DNA of 63,970 bases, counting the filler, from Lenisia limosa (lineage: Eukaryota > Protista > Breviatea), in the NCBI GenBank assembly GCA_001655205.1. It is 6 parts of 6 records of this genome, joined end to end, with 100 filler letters (N's around TTAATTAATTAA, not from the genome) between each part and the next. Parts side by side here need not be neighbours in the genome. Positions count along the whole stretch, not along the records: positions 38,596 to 46,775 come from LPNZ01003449.1; positions 46,876 to 62,360 come from LPNZ01008323.1; 4 more parts are not named here. One strand, written 5' to 3'. Below the pieces are notes generated by a model that saw only the letters and a program-made list of their open reading frames with translations, did no database searches and was not told the DNA's origin. This document shows, one piece after another, positions 38,596 through 51,732 of this stretch; the first letter of the stretch is position 1; each line of letters begins with the position of its first letter. The position numbers and the translations under genes were made by a program.

Positions 38596-41500
38596 CTCCA
38601 ATATCAGAAAGGAATCCCTCCTCCCACTTTGGTCTCATATGCGAGTGGGAAACAACGGAGGGTGGGGCATTGGGAACATTCTTGAAGTTCATCTCCAAAA
38701 AGTTGAGGCGCTCAGTTTCTACATTGTGAAATCACACGTACATTGTATAGAGGTGATAAGGAATAAAAAACAACCTGCTTTTTTTTATACAACGTTCGAA
38801 TACCCCCCCCCCACTGCCTTCATAGTATTGCTCAAAGAAGGATTTGAAGTGCTTTGAAGCCTAAAATCGGTAAGTTCATAATGTGTGCAAGATATTTATT
38901 GTCAACAAATAAGGGGGAAAATGACCTGGATAATAAGGAGAAGATTAAAATGATATTTCAAGTTTGTGGTGCTGTAAATAATAATAGTAATAATAAAAAA
39001 TAAGGGAAATGAAGTAAAACTAGACTTAAACAAGAAATAATAGGATGGGATATTGGAAACAACGAACAGCCGAAACCCACGGATCTGAGAGTTGCAGGGA
39101 GAGTGGACGCGAAATGGTCACCCTTCTTGTGAGGCTGGGGGTTGAACTCAGTAGGTGTGCTGGCGTTGACAAAGAATCCCTGGGCAGTTAGAAGTGATTC
39201 GGATTTATTTAAGAAACCTCATCTCTCAACACGCTTCATCACCCCACCTCAAACCATAACACAATCCACAATACACACTACAACCCTACTTCAGAACAGG
39301 CAGTCACGGTGATTTCGCGACCTTCTGAAAGGACAATATCGACGTAGAAAAGATCTCCTGCCATCATGCGGTCCTCAGGAGCAGGGTTCCACACTGACCA
39401 TCTCACTGACTGTGGGGGGGTATAATAAAAACAAGAATAATAAAAAAAGGTAATTCTGAACTACGTATAAATCACTATATCATATTTATTATGTGAATAT
39501 ATAAAAAAAAGTATAATACACTATATCATATGATATGATATAATACTACATGTATAATATAGCTATAATATACTAGTATATCATTTAAAAAAAAAAAAAA
39601 AAAAAAAANNNNNNNNNNNNNNNNNNNNNNNNNNNNNNNNNNNNNNNNNNNNNNNNNNNNNNNNNNNNNNNNNNNNNNNNNNNNNNNCAAAATAAGGCTA
39701 CTCTTACCTGGACGCAGGGTTTGCGGGTGAGGGGGCTGACCTAAAAGATGAATATTTGATTCGATCAAAGATTGCTAACGTTAAATTTTGAAAAAAGGCA
39801 CAAGCAAGCATTCAAGCCCCACGACCCAGACAGTAATTATAGCTGAGTATTCCATTTTTGGGATTGTCGTATCTTCTTCCCACCAATCCAAACCTTGGGA
39901 AGAAGATGGGAGAGGTCAAAATTGTCTCCACTGAAAGCATTTTCGGCGACTTGCAAGGACATCTATTTGATGAGTCGTTGTAAATATTATCACAATGCTG
40001 CACTTTCTGAAAGTTGGCACAAACCGGAGATTTCAGGGAATTGACCTCAGGTACAATACCCCCCACCCCCCCAACCTGAAGAGATTCGGGCATGCCTTCA
40101 AGGAACGTGATTGTAGACAGCCGATCGTTATCAAACGCACGATCACTGTAATGTGACAAGGGCGTGTCATTACTCAAGATTCACATATGGAGCAAGGTGA
40201 TTGAAAGTGTGAATGTCATTTGTAGATAATCACCTATTATCCCTTCTTATACTAGTAAGCTGTCGAGGCATGAGGTCAAACAGAGGTGTAGAGATGAGAG
40301 AGAGAAATAGCTTGTATTTGTCCTAAGCCATCCACACAGACACGCTGACACAAGATATTGGATGATAATCTAATTTACCCAAACACTAGTCTCACAAGAA
40401 CAGACCACAATATTACTTATAACCACGATGTAAACGATTTCGGTCAGATACAACTTGCAGTGTAGTGTAATATGGAGAACAAGCGTAAGTACCCCTCACA
40501 TTCCCTCATTATAAGACACGGTTTTGCGGAAGTTTGAAACGTGGTTCTTAGCCGAGGCGTAGGTATAGGGGGCTGTGAAAATCAGTAGAATGAAATTTGA
40601 CGATTATTTGTTCTGTTTAATTTTGAAAAAAAAAGGAGACAGCAGGAAGANNNNNNNNNNNNNNNNNNNNNNNNNNNNNNNNNNNNNNNNNNNNNNNNNN
40701 NNNNNNNNNNNNNNNNNNNNNNNNNNNNNTTGTGGCGACCGCATAAGACAAAACCCTTGATGTTTCCAACAAGCTCATCATCGCTGATAAGTAAGAACAA
40801 ATTTCAGCTGGATAAGGTTGCTTTCTTGACAGTGTATACATAACAGATGTGATCCTTTGAGGATCATAAGATAAAGGAAAACATAGTGAACAAAGTCCCA
40901 TCTCGCCAACCTAATAATAGTGTTGTTATACTTCAGCTTGAAATCCTCCCCAAACTCGCTGTACTCAGGCTTCCCGAAAAGCTGCATCTGATAGGGTAAA
41001 CTCAAATCAAATAACAAATCTGCAAAATCTGAGAACTCTGCCAGACTGACTTTTACTTCATTAATTGTGGAGGACATTGATGCCTAAGTGATTAAAAAGG
41101 GTGAAGACGGATTGTGGTGGAATACAGTTTGGTCAGTTAGCTTACCAGCATCTCAAAGGGATTAACAATGCTCCTAATCTCAATGCGCGCATCTTAAATG
41201 GTAAATAATGCATGTTTAGAGTTTCCTTACATTCCTCAGCGGGGAACTCTTCAGTTAGCTTCATCTCTTTTTCCATCTTTAAACTTCCCAACTTCCCAAC
41301 AAAAATATGAGAGTATTTTTATTGTTTTATGGGTGTGTTGGTTTGGGATCTGTTTGCATCGGCCCCCGGCGAAAGGAAAATGGATATAGACCCTGGTACT
41401 ATTGGGTTTTGGGCGTTTTCGCCTCAACAACATCAAAACCTCATAAACGCTGAAAAACATCAAAACAATTGAAAACATCAACACCATCGATAATAAAACT

Positions 41501-41720
41501 TTCGAAACTCGGATAAAACAAGAGTTTGGTGAGCAATTTTTCGGACTGGTGGGATTAGTCCCACTTGTCCTTAAACATGAATGGCTGTCGAGGTATGATG
41601 GTTGTTATAAGTTCTCTCTTGACTATTTAGCTAACTTTCTCGATTTTGAGGCACCTTACTTTGCTCCCCAATCTGGCATGCGGATTTTGAGGATCTTCCT
41701 CAAGAAATAGGTGATAATTC
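38596..41720 (-). CDS. CLU1: Clustered mitochondria protein CLU1/Clueless (CLUH/TIF31) homologue, N-terminal part; 3' lost at scaffold boundary
   Basis: Phase-0 exons 39409-39290 and 39179-39081 give SVRWSVWNPAPEDRMMAGDLFYVDIVLSEGREITVTACSEGFFVNASTPTEFNPQPHKK, matching the CLU motif S.WNPPP..R...GDL.Y......EG....ITA...GF.VN.ST...FNP.P; upstream SSTINEVKMQLFGKPEYSEF resembles CLU_N; start approximate. Confidence 0.88.
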
Positions 41721-42447
41721 CTGCTAGTTTTGTATTTTAATTGTTTTAGGGGTGCAATGTGTGTTCCAATCATATTCTGGAATATCACTCACTGAAAACC
41801 AAGCAGACACTGACTTGAGACTAACTCTTCTTATTTGGACAACTATACCTAACATAGGCGTGTGAATGGCAAAATTCATCAACATATTAAAAAGGTAAGT
41901 GTTTTTTTTTTTGAGGCAATCGAAGTTATCCAGATCATTACTTTTTTTTTTAATTATATAGGCTTTACGGGGGGAAAGGAAAGTTTTATTTTTAATTTGA
42001 AACCCGCCAAGATATTCCTCCCAACGACGAAGATGAGCATGATGTGCTCGCTGAGGCTAATAGCAATGTTAGCACATGGATTTCCGGCATTATGAAGCCT
42101 TCCCCTCCTTTAGCTGCGGACGTAAAGATCGAGTCTCTCCTCAATCAAGCAAAAGAGAAAGGAATTGGTATGAGGAACCATATATGCGAAATATGGACTT
42201 ATGTAACCCCTAGATGTGAAAAATCATCTTGATTATGTAACCGAAGTAGACACGAAAGTAATGACACTAAGTAGCTTTTATTACGTTTCGCAATTTTGAG
42301 TGAAAAAAACGGCATTTTGCACAAAAAAAGTTTTACATTCTACGTCCACGGCTTTCAAATGTGATAATTGACAGGTTATTTAACCTCTGAATAAATAAAA
42401 TGTATATTTGAAAATAATGGAAAATAGGCAGTACAAAGTCAAAAAAT

Positions 42448-42840
42448 CTAATATTTGGTGGGGCACCATTTGAGTTGATAATGGCCTGGCGACGACGTGG
42501 CATAGAGTCGATTAGATCTTTAATTACAAATGAAGGTATCTTATACCAAGCATCTTCCAATTTTTCTGTCATATCAGCTTCGTAGGTCGGTGTGACACCA
42601 GATTCGCTCAATTTTGTATCAAGTTGATATCATGCATGCTCAGTGTTCAAATCTGGACATTGTGCAGGCCAATCCATCAGTTCATATTGGGCATTGTCAA
42701 AAATATATCTTTTACACGGCTAAACAGTTAGAATACGGAATTAAAAAGCGGATGAAAAGTGGCAACGATATCAAATACACAGAACTTACTTTTGCCGTGT
42801 GCTTTGTGTCGTTATCCTGTTGAAACATTGATTTTTTAAT
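42448..42840 (-). pseudogene. Tc1-family DD34E transposase remnant with a 70-nt spliceosomal intron
   Basis: FQQDNDTKHTAK / intron 42789-42720 (GTAAGT...CTAACTGTTTAG) / PCKRYIFDNAQYELMDWPAQCPDLNTEHA*...LEDAWYKIPSFVIKDLIDSMPRRRQAIINSNG. After splicing, 34 residues lie between the second D and E; in-frame TGA at the conserved Trp and a frameshift in the terminal TKY motif. Confidence 0.9.
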
Positions 42841-44580
42841 TGGCATACGCTAAACTGTTCAACTTTTATAAAACCCCATCTTTTTCATATATATTACGTC
42901 CCAAATAGTTCATAAAATGTTCAAGATACAGTCTCAAAATACTTTCAGGACTTATAACATAAAAATGCTCTGGAATATCAGGAAGTGTTTGGTAAAAAAT
43001 AACTATATCATTTAACGTGCAGTTTGAAATTGTGGAAAATCATCAAATTTAGTCATTTTTTTGTTTTTTTTTTTTANNNNNNNNNNNNNNNNNNNNNNNN
43101 NNNNNNNNNNNNNNNNNNNNNNNNNNNNNNNNNNNNNNNNNNNNNNNNNNNNNNNNNNNNNNNNNNNNNNNNNNNNNNNNNNNNNNNNNNNNNNNNNNNN
43201 NNNNNNNNNNNNNNNNNNNNNNNNNNNNNNNNNNNNNNNNNNNNNNNNNNNNNNNNNNNNNNNNNNNNNNNNNNNNNNNNNNNNNNNNNNNNNNNNNNNN
43301 NNNNNNNNNNNNNNNNNNNNNNNNNNNNNNNNNNNNNNNNNNNNNNNNNNNNNNATGTTTACGCCTCTTTCGCATTTTTTTGCAAATTATCGCCCGAAAC
43401 ACTCCTTATACAGGGTTTTATTTAGAAGAATAGGCAGGGGTATCAACATACATGCAAAATACCACCTTCATGGTACTTCAATTTTCCATGCGAATGCATT
43501 AAAAACACTATCAATAACATCAAAACAAAGAAATTATGAGCAAAAAGAAGAAAAAAAAGAGGAGATNNNNNNNNNNATTTCCTTTACGCGAAAATATTTT
43601 TGAAACCCCCCTCTTTCAGAATAATAGCATTTTGAGCCTATTAAAGTGCCCCACTATAGAAACGCAGATTTTTAAGGAGAATTCGAATCTGACGTCCATT
43701 TTGGAGAAAATGTAGCGGTTTTGAGGTATTTAAGTCAACTTTTGTTACGGTTTTTTCAAGAATATTCCTTGTTCACTATAATAGAGCCAATAGACAAAAT
43801 AGACGTCTGATTAAAGTATATACTGCGTCAATAACCCATTTACCGTTCTGTTATTGAAGCGATTTATGTCGATTTTTGGCTTGTTCGCGGTTTTAATCAT
43901 GTTCGCGGTTTTAACCACCAACCTATAGTATATTGTAAGGCTCTCAAACAAAATCTAATAAACCATAAATTTTTCAATCTCCTTATCAGGTGGTATGGCT
44001 GGTGCATGTTCTTTCCTTTTTCATTTCTCGTCTACACACATCTTCACACCTTCCAGAGCGGACCAAAACACCTTGAAGAGTTGGAGAGACTTGAATTAGG
44101 TGAGCGCTGCATTTGTTTAAACTATTTCAATATTGTTTGTCATTAGTCATTTGGCAAATTACATTCCCCATCGGTTTCAAAAATGAACGTTTTATTTTTT
44201 TGTGACCGTAGGGAAGCCTAATCCTATCTATTTATCATAGATTAGAGCTATTATAATTATTATTTTGCTAACCTTGTAGAATGCACAGGCCAGCTTCATG
44301 TCAAGTTTAAAGTTTAAAATTAATTTTCCTTTCAATCCCTGACAGTATTCGAGTCAGAAGGTGCCCATGTTTCTATTGTGTTTCCTATTTCCTGTTCTCC
44401 AAAACTCCAACCCCAAATCCTAAGAAGCTTAAATTATTCAATTAATAAAACCCTGAACCAACCCAACCCATATATACAGCCTTGAAGTCATGAAGTTCCG
44501 GGAACGCACGGAGTAAATTCAAAAAATATAAAACGCAGAGGGCCTCAGTTGAGCACTCTGAACCGACCTGAGGTTCACAG

Positions 44581-44636
44581 CTGAACAAACTCCTCGGCTT
44601 CGCCACCCCAGGCGGCAAAGCCGAGGAGTTTGTTCA
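44581..44636. other. Perfect 20-bp GC-rich hairpin, possible structured RNA or element terminus
   Basis: CTGAACAAACTCCTCGGCTT ... AAGCCGAGGAGTTTGTTCAG with an additional CGCC/GGCG inner pair. Confidence 0.8.
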
Positions 44637-45233
44637 GACCTAAAAAAATAAAAAAATTGTATGGGAGTATAAAAACACCCCTCCCATGCACGGCTTTTGT
44701 TTCACGATACGCCGCCGGGTCCTCCTCTCTGGTTCCAAAAAAGCAGTGTGGGGTTTTTAAAAAAATCAGTCCTTACAGGGAGCCCACTGGACAATGCGTC
44801 TTTAGGCCTCTGAGTTGGGATTTTCGTCAAATATTTCGTTTTCCCCGGTCAGAGTCCCGTCGATAAAACGTAGATTTATAACTTCATTGCGTTCTCTGTA
44901 CCCCGGACAGTCCCTGGTATACGAAGGGCCCCGGGGGTATTTCCGATCATACGGCGTTCCGGGGCAAACAACTACGTCCCACCGTCCTGACCTATTTTTA
45001 CCGATATTTCTTCCTGTGCCGGGCTACCCTTCAGGTAGTAACACGGGCCGGATTGCCCCAGAGCTGCTGGGAAGACCGGTCAGAAAAGCCTTCCCTGTTC
45101 GCCGGCGGGTCTACCGATTTTCTTGGAGGACCCGGCGGCGGATCGCGAAGAAAAGCGCCCCCCCCAGCCCCCAAAAGATTGAAGAATAATACCATTTTAA
45201 TAGGTTACATATTTACATATTATAGAAATAACA

Positions 45234-46700
45234 ATGTCAGCATCAGCGATTCTCCGTGATCGCTTCATGAAAAGGACCCGTGACACCGAAGACTACTTCA
45301 ACGAGCGCCCTGGCAAGAGGTATGGCTTCTAGACAAAGAAAAAATATAATTATAGGTAAAATACCTGGTATAATAGTGTTCCCCCGCAATATTTGCTCTT
45401 AATGTTTGCTCCTCAGTAATACTTCTTCAGAGCAGTCACGGAAGAACTTCAAAGGGACTTTAGCAACCTCTCATTGGCACCAGTAAAGAGGCCGTGTCCA
45501 TTGGATAGCTTTGAATCGTAAGCCATGCAAACTATTCCAGAGATTCATTGAATAATTGAATTGAACCCAGAATCGTTACTCTGGTGGACATTATTTACAG
45601 TATATTATTTTGATGCTTATTACAATCCTATCTGCATTGCAGCCCCTTTTGAATATGCTTATTACTTGGGTCATTTATATGGCGACAGCAAACAGTGGAA
45701 GTTTTCAATGAAGTGACATGTAACATGTTAGGCTGCACCTGGCGCCGCCCAGCACCCGACAACGACGCTTCGGCATCTCCAAGGAGTGTAACCCGCTGGC
45801 CATTGTCCCTGTACTCAGTCCGGTGACTCCAGTAGGCTTATCTCGATGAATATCTGGGATTGTAGTCGTAATGAAGGTCTGGTTTCAATTATTCTCGATT
45901 TTCTTGTAGGTAACTAATTTTCTAGGCATCTTCAATAGAGGAGCCACCACAAGAGGACAGTCCACTCCCATATGTCTTGGTCAAATCTGTAAGCTGCATG
46001 TTCTCTAAGATTCACTTCAGATCCAAATACACCAGAAGAATATGCTAATTTAAAAATATTTTCCTTGTTTTAAGGCCTAAGTTAATACATCAGTAGCCTT
46101 GACTACAAAGTCAATGATAGATAGTATGACATACTGTACATTTGAAATGACATGCACATGTACATGTACATATATACATATATTCTACATTATTATGTAC
46201 ATGGTACATGTTGTAGATGTAGACGTACAAACTTTATCATGTATCTGTTTAACAATATTATTATAATAGTATGAGCTGTAAGTTTTCAGATGACATAGTA
46301 TATTCAATACAGTTTGGTGTTCATAGTCACAAACTTACCAACTAGCCTCCACCAGTTCCGATAGATATTGTCACCCCAATCCCGAGCCCTATGCCCTTTA
46401 ATTGGTGGGAGTTTTTTTGTTTTTGATTGAGCTTTACTATCGCCAAATAATATGGGATTTTATCAATAAGAATATAATATATATATATAGCTATCATATA
46501 ATATATATAATATACAATGTATATTTTACCCTTCTGATATATGACATATATGTCATATATTACCAGGCTGGGCTTTTCATTTTGTATGTCTGCAACCATT
46601 GATTTTGAAATAACCCTATTTCTATTGTAATCCCCCACTAGGTCATCACCCGAACCAGCCCCCTCATTAGCAGTTGTTCCATACCAGTCTGCGAAGAAGC
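45234..46700 (+). CDS. Unknown Pro/Ser-rich multi-exon gene (3' truncated)
   Basis: MSASAILRDRFMKRTRDTEDYFNERPGKR / AVTEELQRDFSNLSLAP / LHLAPPSTRQRRFGISKECNPLAIVPVLSPVTP / ASSIEEPPQEDSPLPYVLVKS / PPPVPIDIVTPIPSPMPFNW, each AG/GT bounded. Confidence 0.6.
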
Positions 46701-47214
46701 AGTTTGCTCAGTGCGTACTCAACTCTACTAAGGCTGAAATTTCACAGCAGAGGGTTGGAGGGAGGGGGGGGGGGGNNNNNNNNNNNNNNNNNNNNNNNNN
46801 NNNNNNNNNNNNNNNNNNNTTAATTAATTAANNNNNNNNNNNNNNNNNNNNNNNNNNNNNNNNNNNNNNNNNNNNGGGGGGGGGGGGAGTGAAATTAGAA
46901 AATTTATGAAACATAAAAAAAGAAGCCCAAAATCAACTCTGTTGGCTGACAGCACACAAGAGTTGATAACAAACATAAAGCCCCAGGGTGGGGTGAAACT
47001 CTACCTAACTCTTGTGGTAACATTGTTATTTTATTTATCAAAAAAGATTGGAAGGGATGGGTAGAATATTTAACACCGAGGGCTTTGGTTCGAAAAAGAC
47101 CATGAAAAAAAATCTATTATTTATACATATTATAAGGAATTATTGGGGATAAGTACAATTCAACATTTTCTTCTCAAAAAACAAAATAATTCTGTATTTA
47201 ATAAAAAAATATAA

Positions 47215-50200
47215 TGGTAACCCATCTACCTTGGCTACGCCATCATCACCGGAAAGAAGTGCAGTTGAGAAAATGGTTTCGAAAGATTTCGAGAGGTTTC
47301 GGAGAGACCCAGGCATTTCAATACAGAAATGGCGGAGAGTTGGGACCACAATGGGCTGTCAACGGTTAAAAGGAGTCCACATTATAGTCAATAAAAAAAC
47401 AAAATAGTTTGGTCAACAGCAGAGTAATATATGCATATGTAATAATATATATAGTAGTAATATATCATATGATGTATATATATTAAATAAATATACATGC
47501 ACAATCAGAAATGAGAAATAAAACAAGGTAGTACAGCCGAGGCCACCATCACGATAAAAAATATAGTAAAAGGAGACAAGTAAGATAAGAGAGATCAGCA
47601 TTTCCCTACCAAAAGTGAGAGGTCTGCTTTAACTGCCACGTGGATAGCAGGGATAATATGCTGGGAAATACTGGGTGTAACTGCGCGGAAAACATCAGCC
47701 CAAAAAGTTGCTCTTTTGACCAATGCTTCTGCCGCTCTCAAGTAGTGCTCATTCTGGGAGGTTATCCAAAGGATATGCATTTGAATAATGATAAACACAC
47801 TTATCTCCATGGATGGTTTTTAACTTGAAATACCCCACACACAGTGCGACAAATAAAGCAGCATATGTTAATGAAGGATACATGTCAATATAATATCTCT
47901 CACTTTTATTTCACAATTCTTTTCTCAATAAAAGCACAACTTCCTTGCCCCCCACCCCCCAACCTGGATATCCGAAACAATTGCAGCAGTCACCTGGTGG
48001 TTAACAGCAATGATGATGTCACCCGGGAGGAAGGACACCAGTTGGGCAAGGAGGGGGCCTGGATCGTGAGTATGGCTAAATAAGATGGACCGTGAGTGTG
48101 GCTAAATAAGATGGAGTTCTGGATGAGCTTTGATAAATTCTATTGGTAAATTCGAAATAATTGTCTTGTGAGTTTATTGGGAGCGAGGGGTAAGGGACGA
48201 AATTAAGATTGCTTAAGTCCAGGGTATTGGGATACCATGCCTACAAGAGACATTGGTGAGAGTAAATTACCTGAGTACTCTGAGTGTATGTGCCAGATGT
48301 AAATGTAAAAATGGGGATGTAAGTGTAAAAATGGGGATTCGGCCCTGAAACTTCTTAAACCGCATTTCCCCCCCACAAACTTGGTTTAGCCTTACAGAGC
48401 CACAAAACAAGACCCGAAAGCTCTTTAGCTGCTGCACCTGAAACATGAGAATACACCCCTCTTTGCTTATTTGAAAAAAAAGTACAAGATAAATAAATAG
48501 CTGTTCTTCCAATATCATCTTGATTCGATTTCGAATTTAGGAACATGGGGACATCTTGATCTGTGTTAATGAATAACGAAGATTCTTTGTGCTGATCCTT
48601 GTCTTATCTTACGTAGTGTTGATATGACCTATTCATTAAATATTAAAATATGAATACTACTACTCCCCCTACTGCTTGAACTATTCGCCGCGGCCCGGGA
48701 TAAGTTACTCAGAACTGGGGAGGTGAGGAGCCGAAGTGCTGTTGCCATGTGCAAGGCGTTGTCACCTGGAGAGGGGGGGGGGGNNNNNNNNNNNNNNNNN
48801 NNNNNNNNNNNNNNNNNNNNNNNNNNNNNNNNNNNNNNNNNNNNNNNNNNNNNNNNNNNNNNNNNNNNNNNNNNNNNNNNNNNNNNNNNNNNNNNNNNNN
48901 NNNNNNNNNNNNNNNNNNNNNNNNNNNNNNNNNNNNNNNNNNNNNNNNNNNNNNNNNNNNNNNNNNNNNNNNNNNNNNNNNNNNNNNNNNNNNNNNNNNN
49001 NNNNNNNNNNNNNNNNNNNNNNNNNNNNNNNGCTTCTGCAGACCCGCATCCCATCACTCCAGCTTCTGCAGCACCGCATCCCATCACTCCAAAGGGGGGA
49101 AGTAAGCCTGGCTTCCTCTTGATATTCGTCTTTTAAAATTCTTCTCTGGTATCAGAACCACCACACGGTTTTATTATTTATTGCTTTATTTATCCCTCTA
49201 GACCTCCTATTCTCCCTTCTCCCTTCTCCCCTTCTCATTCGAAACAACCCACAGTTTTATTTTGTTCTATTTTCATGTTTGTATATATTTATATTTTTTA
49301 TGTTCATTTTTTTTTATACCATTTTCATGTTTTATTTTACCCCCCCCCCCTTCCAACCAGTAATAAGCAGCTGCTGCACGTGGCGCAAAATGCGAAGAGC
49401 TTCGTCATTCTTCACGGCTGCCATGCTGAGGGTGTGGGATAAGAATGTATCCTGTTTTTCCGTATTCCTGATAGGGCTTCACTTCGGTTTGAAAAGACCC
49501 GTAAAATATTGATAATTTTCAAGGATTTATCGAGAAATTCAGTCTTTTTTTAAACCGAAGTGAAGCCCTAATTCCTGATGATATTTAACGTTGATTAGCT
49601 TTCTTGGTTGTAAGGGGTAAAAAGAAAATATCTGGAGGATATCACAATAAGAGGTAGAGCCTACAAGCCAGCTGGTGATATTGGTACAACTGTGACGGTA
49701 TTTACACTGGTTTCCACATATATGGTATGGGGTGGGGGTGAAGAAGTCTAATACTTTTCACTTTTCGGTTCAGAAAAATAATTCAAGGGAAGGACGTGGA
49801 TTAAATAACTAGTTTCCAATTTGATGAGGAAAATTCAAAAAAATAATACACAAGTACACGCTTATGAAGAGCACTAATACTACAGGAAGAATACCTGCAC
49901 CCCTTGTCCAGATATTGCAATAGCATTGCTTAAAGTGTACAGTTATGAGCAAAACAAATTTGACAAAAGAGGGAAGGCTACCGAAGTAATGACAAGGAAC
50001 ATGCAAAAAAATTAATTTATCTTCTCCATTTGAACACAAAAGAGCTTAGATTGTAAGGCAAGCTTCGCCAGCAACAGTTCACCAAAAAGAGCTCCTCCAC
50101 ATGATCACAAACATGGTTTCCCAGTTTACCCCCTCACCTGTCTGTAAAGCGTGTTTCGTAGTAATCCACTGAAAGTCCACTCGAAGAGAGCTTCAAAGGT

Positions 50201-50600
50201 CCGTTCCAGCTGAATAAACAAAGTGTTAACACCCGTGAAGCTGTGATTCTCTGGCTGATTTAATAACAGTACCTTCAACCTCTGAAATTTCAGGAGATTC
50301 TATAAAGAGAGGGCTGTTCCATCGCCTTGCCGATATATTAAATCAACTGTGGTGTTTATACAGTGCTCTTTTGGGGGGCGTTATTTCATGATTTGGTGTT
50401 TTAATCTTGCATCATACAGCTTATTAGTAGCGGATAACATATCAAAAGGGAATATCCATTTTATAAGTAACCAGTTTTGAAAGAAGTCAAAATGCCTCGC
50501 TTTTGGCTTCAGCTCTGGCTACTAGCCCTATTAATCAGCTTAGTGACACTTTATGGAGATGCTCTTCCTGCTAAGTAAGCCTGGGGTTGCTCCCCCTCTC
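47215..50600 (-). CDS. Unknown helical (HEAT/ARM-like?) multi-exon gene, 3' truncated
   Basis: Leu-rich exons LERTFEALFEWTFSGLLRNTLYRQ, MAAVKNDEALRILRHVQQLLIT, GPLLAQLVSFLPGDIIIAVNHQ, NEHYLRAAEALVKRATFWADVFRAVTPSISQHIIPAIH, PIVVPTLRHFCIEMPGSLRNLSKSFETIFSTALL; fold assignment is inference. Confidence 0.55.
49032..49090 (-). repeat. Repeat family C: ~29-bp minisatellite GGAGTGATGGGATGCGGTGCTGCAGAAGC; single units beside gaps at ~28399, 29695, 30460, 34670; associated tail GTCAGCCAACAGAGTTGATTTTGGGC at ~29845, 30170, 30340, 46925 (minus), 51670
   Basis: Two adjacent units at 49032-49090; same motif abuts N gaps at four other sites. Confidence 0.75.
49471..49570. mobile_element. hAT-type MITE family A, copy with perfect 8-bp TSD (ATTCCTGA)
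   Basis: TAGGGCTTCACTTCGGTTTGAAAAG...TTTTTAAACCGAAGTGAAGCCCTA flanked by ATTCCTGA/ATTCCTGA. Confidence 0.92.
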
Positions 50601-51404
50601 AATTCAATGGATACTAAGCGAAGTTGTGTGTTGTGTAGAGGTATGATTGGGTTTTTGAACCAATACCATGAGATGGGCGTAAAGCATATTGTTCACTTGT
50701 TGCTTACCGTATGCGTTGTATATTGGCAATAGTGTTCACCTGATGTTTTGGCTAAATCTGTTCTTGATGATCACAACGGCTTCCCTTTCTTTTCAAGTAC
50801 AAGACAAAAAGACTGGATATTCAATCAATTCTTGATATCGATGATATCGATAATTTATTAAACTTAAGACTGTTTTATAACACATTATTAGTGTTTTTTT
50901 TTTTTTTTTTTTCGCCTAGAAAACGAAGTNNNNNNNNNNNNNNNNNNNNNNNNNNNNNNNNNNNNNNNNNNNNNNNNNNCATGATGTTGTTATTCCTTGA
51001 GCTTCTTGATACCATGCAATATGCCATTTATGCCTTTTTTTAGAGTCGGATCTACTGGAGGTGTACAGTTCCAATTGGATACCCCCACAGAAGCCCATCA
51101 TGCGGCTACTTATGGCAGTGGGGGGGGGGGTNNNNNNNNNNNNNNNNNATTTTATCAAATTAAAGTGTCTTAATTGAGAATTAATTGCACAGAGTATATT
51201 CTGAAGACTATATTAAATGGGAATTGTGTTGTTGGGCGCGTATCAGTACTCACTTCGGTTCGAAAATAGACTGGATTTCTCGATAAATCGGAAATATCGA
51301 TATTCACCTGTATTTTTCGAACCGAAGTGAAGCCCTACTTTTGAGGGAATAGTGCAGAAAGGACTGGGAAGTTATTTTTTTTCATAAATTTTCTGATAAG
51401 AAAA

Positions 51405-51555
51405 CACCGAGTTTTTTTTCCTGGGAGTGGTTTGCTGATTTTTTACAAGGAGTTTTCTGGCCGGAAAACACGTCTGCGAAGCGAACGAGTGTTTTCCTCA
51501 ACAGAAAACTCCGAGTAACAAAAGAAAGACAACCACGAGCAAAAAAACGAGGGGA
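51405..51555. repeat. Nested inverted-repeat (foldback) segment
   Basis: GGAGTTTTCTG (51449)/CAGAAAACTCC (51512) with inner GAAAACAC/GTGTTTTC and looser outer arms. Confidence 0.6.
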
Positions 51556-51732
51556 AATTCGAATGGAAAACACTTGAGTAGGGATTTTCCCACTTTTCCT
51601 GTAGTTTTCCTGGAAAAATACAGTGAACTTTCTGGAAAAGTTATTTCCAATTTTACTCCCCCCCCCCCTCAACAGAGTTGATTTCGGGTTTTTTTTTGTG
51701 AAAATTTTTTTTTAATTATACTCACCTCCCAG

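Noticed and set aside
39700-39716. CTTACCTGG as the U1 snRNA 5' end
   Set aside because: Reverse complement of a normal CCAG/GTAAG donor in the CLU1 gene; no U1 stem-loops follow
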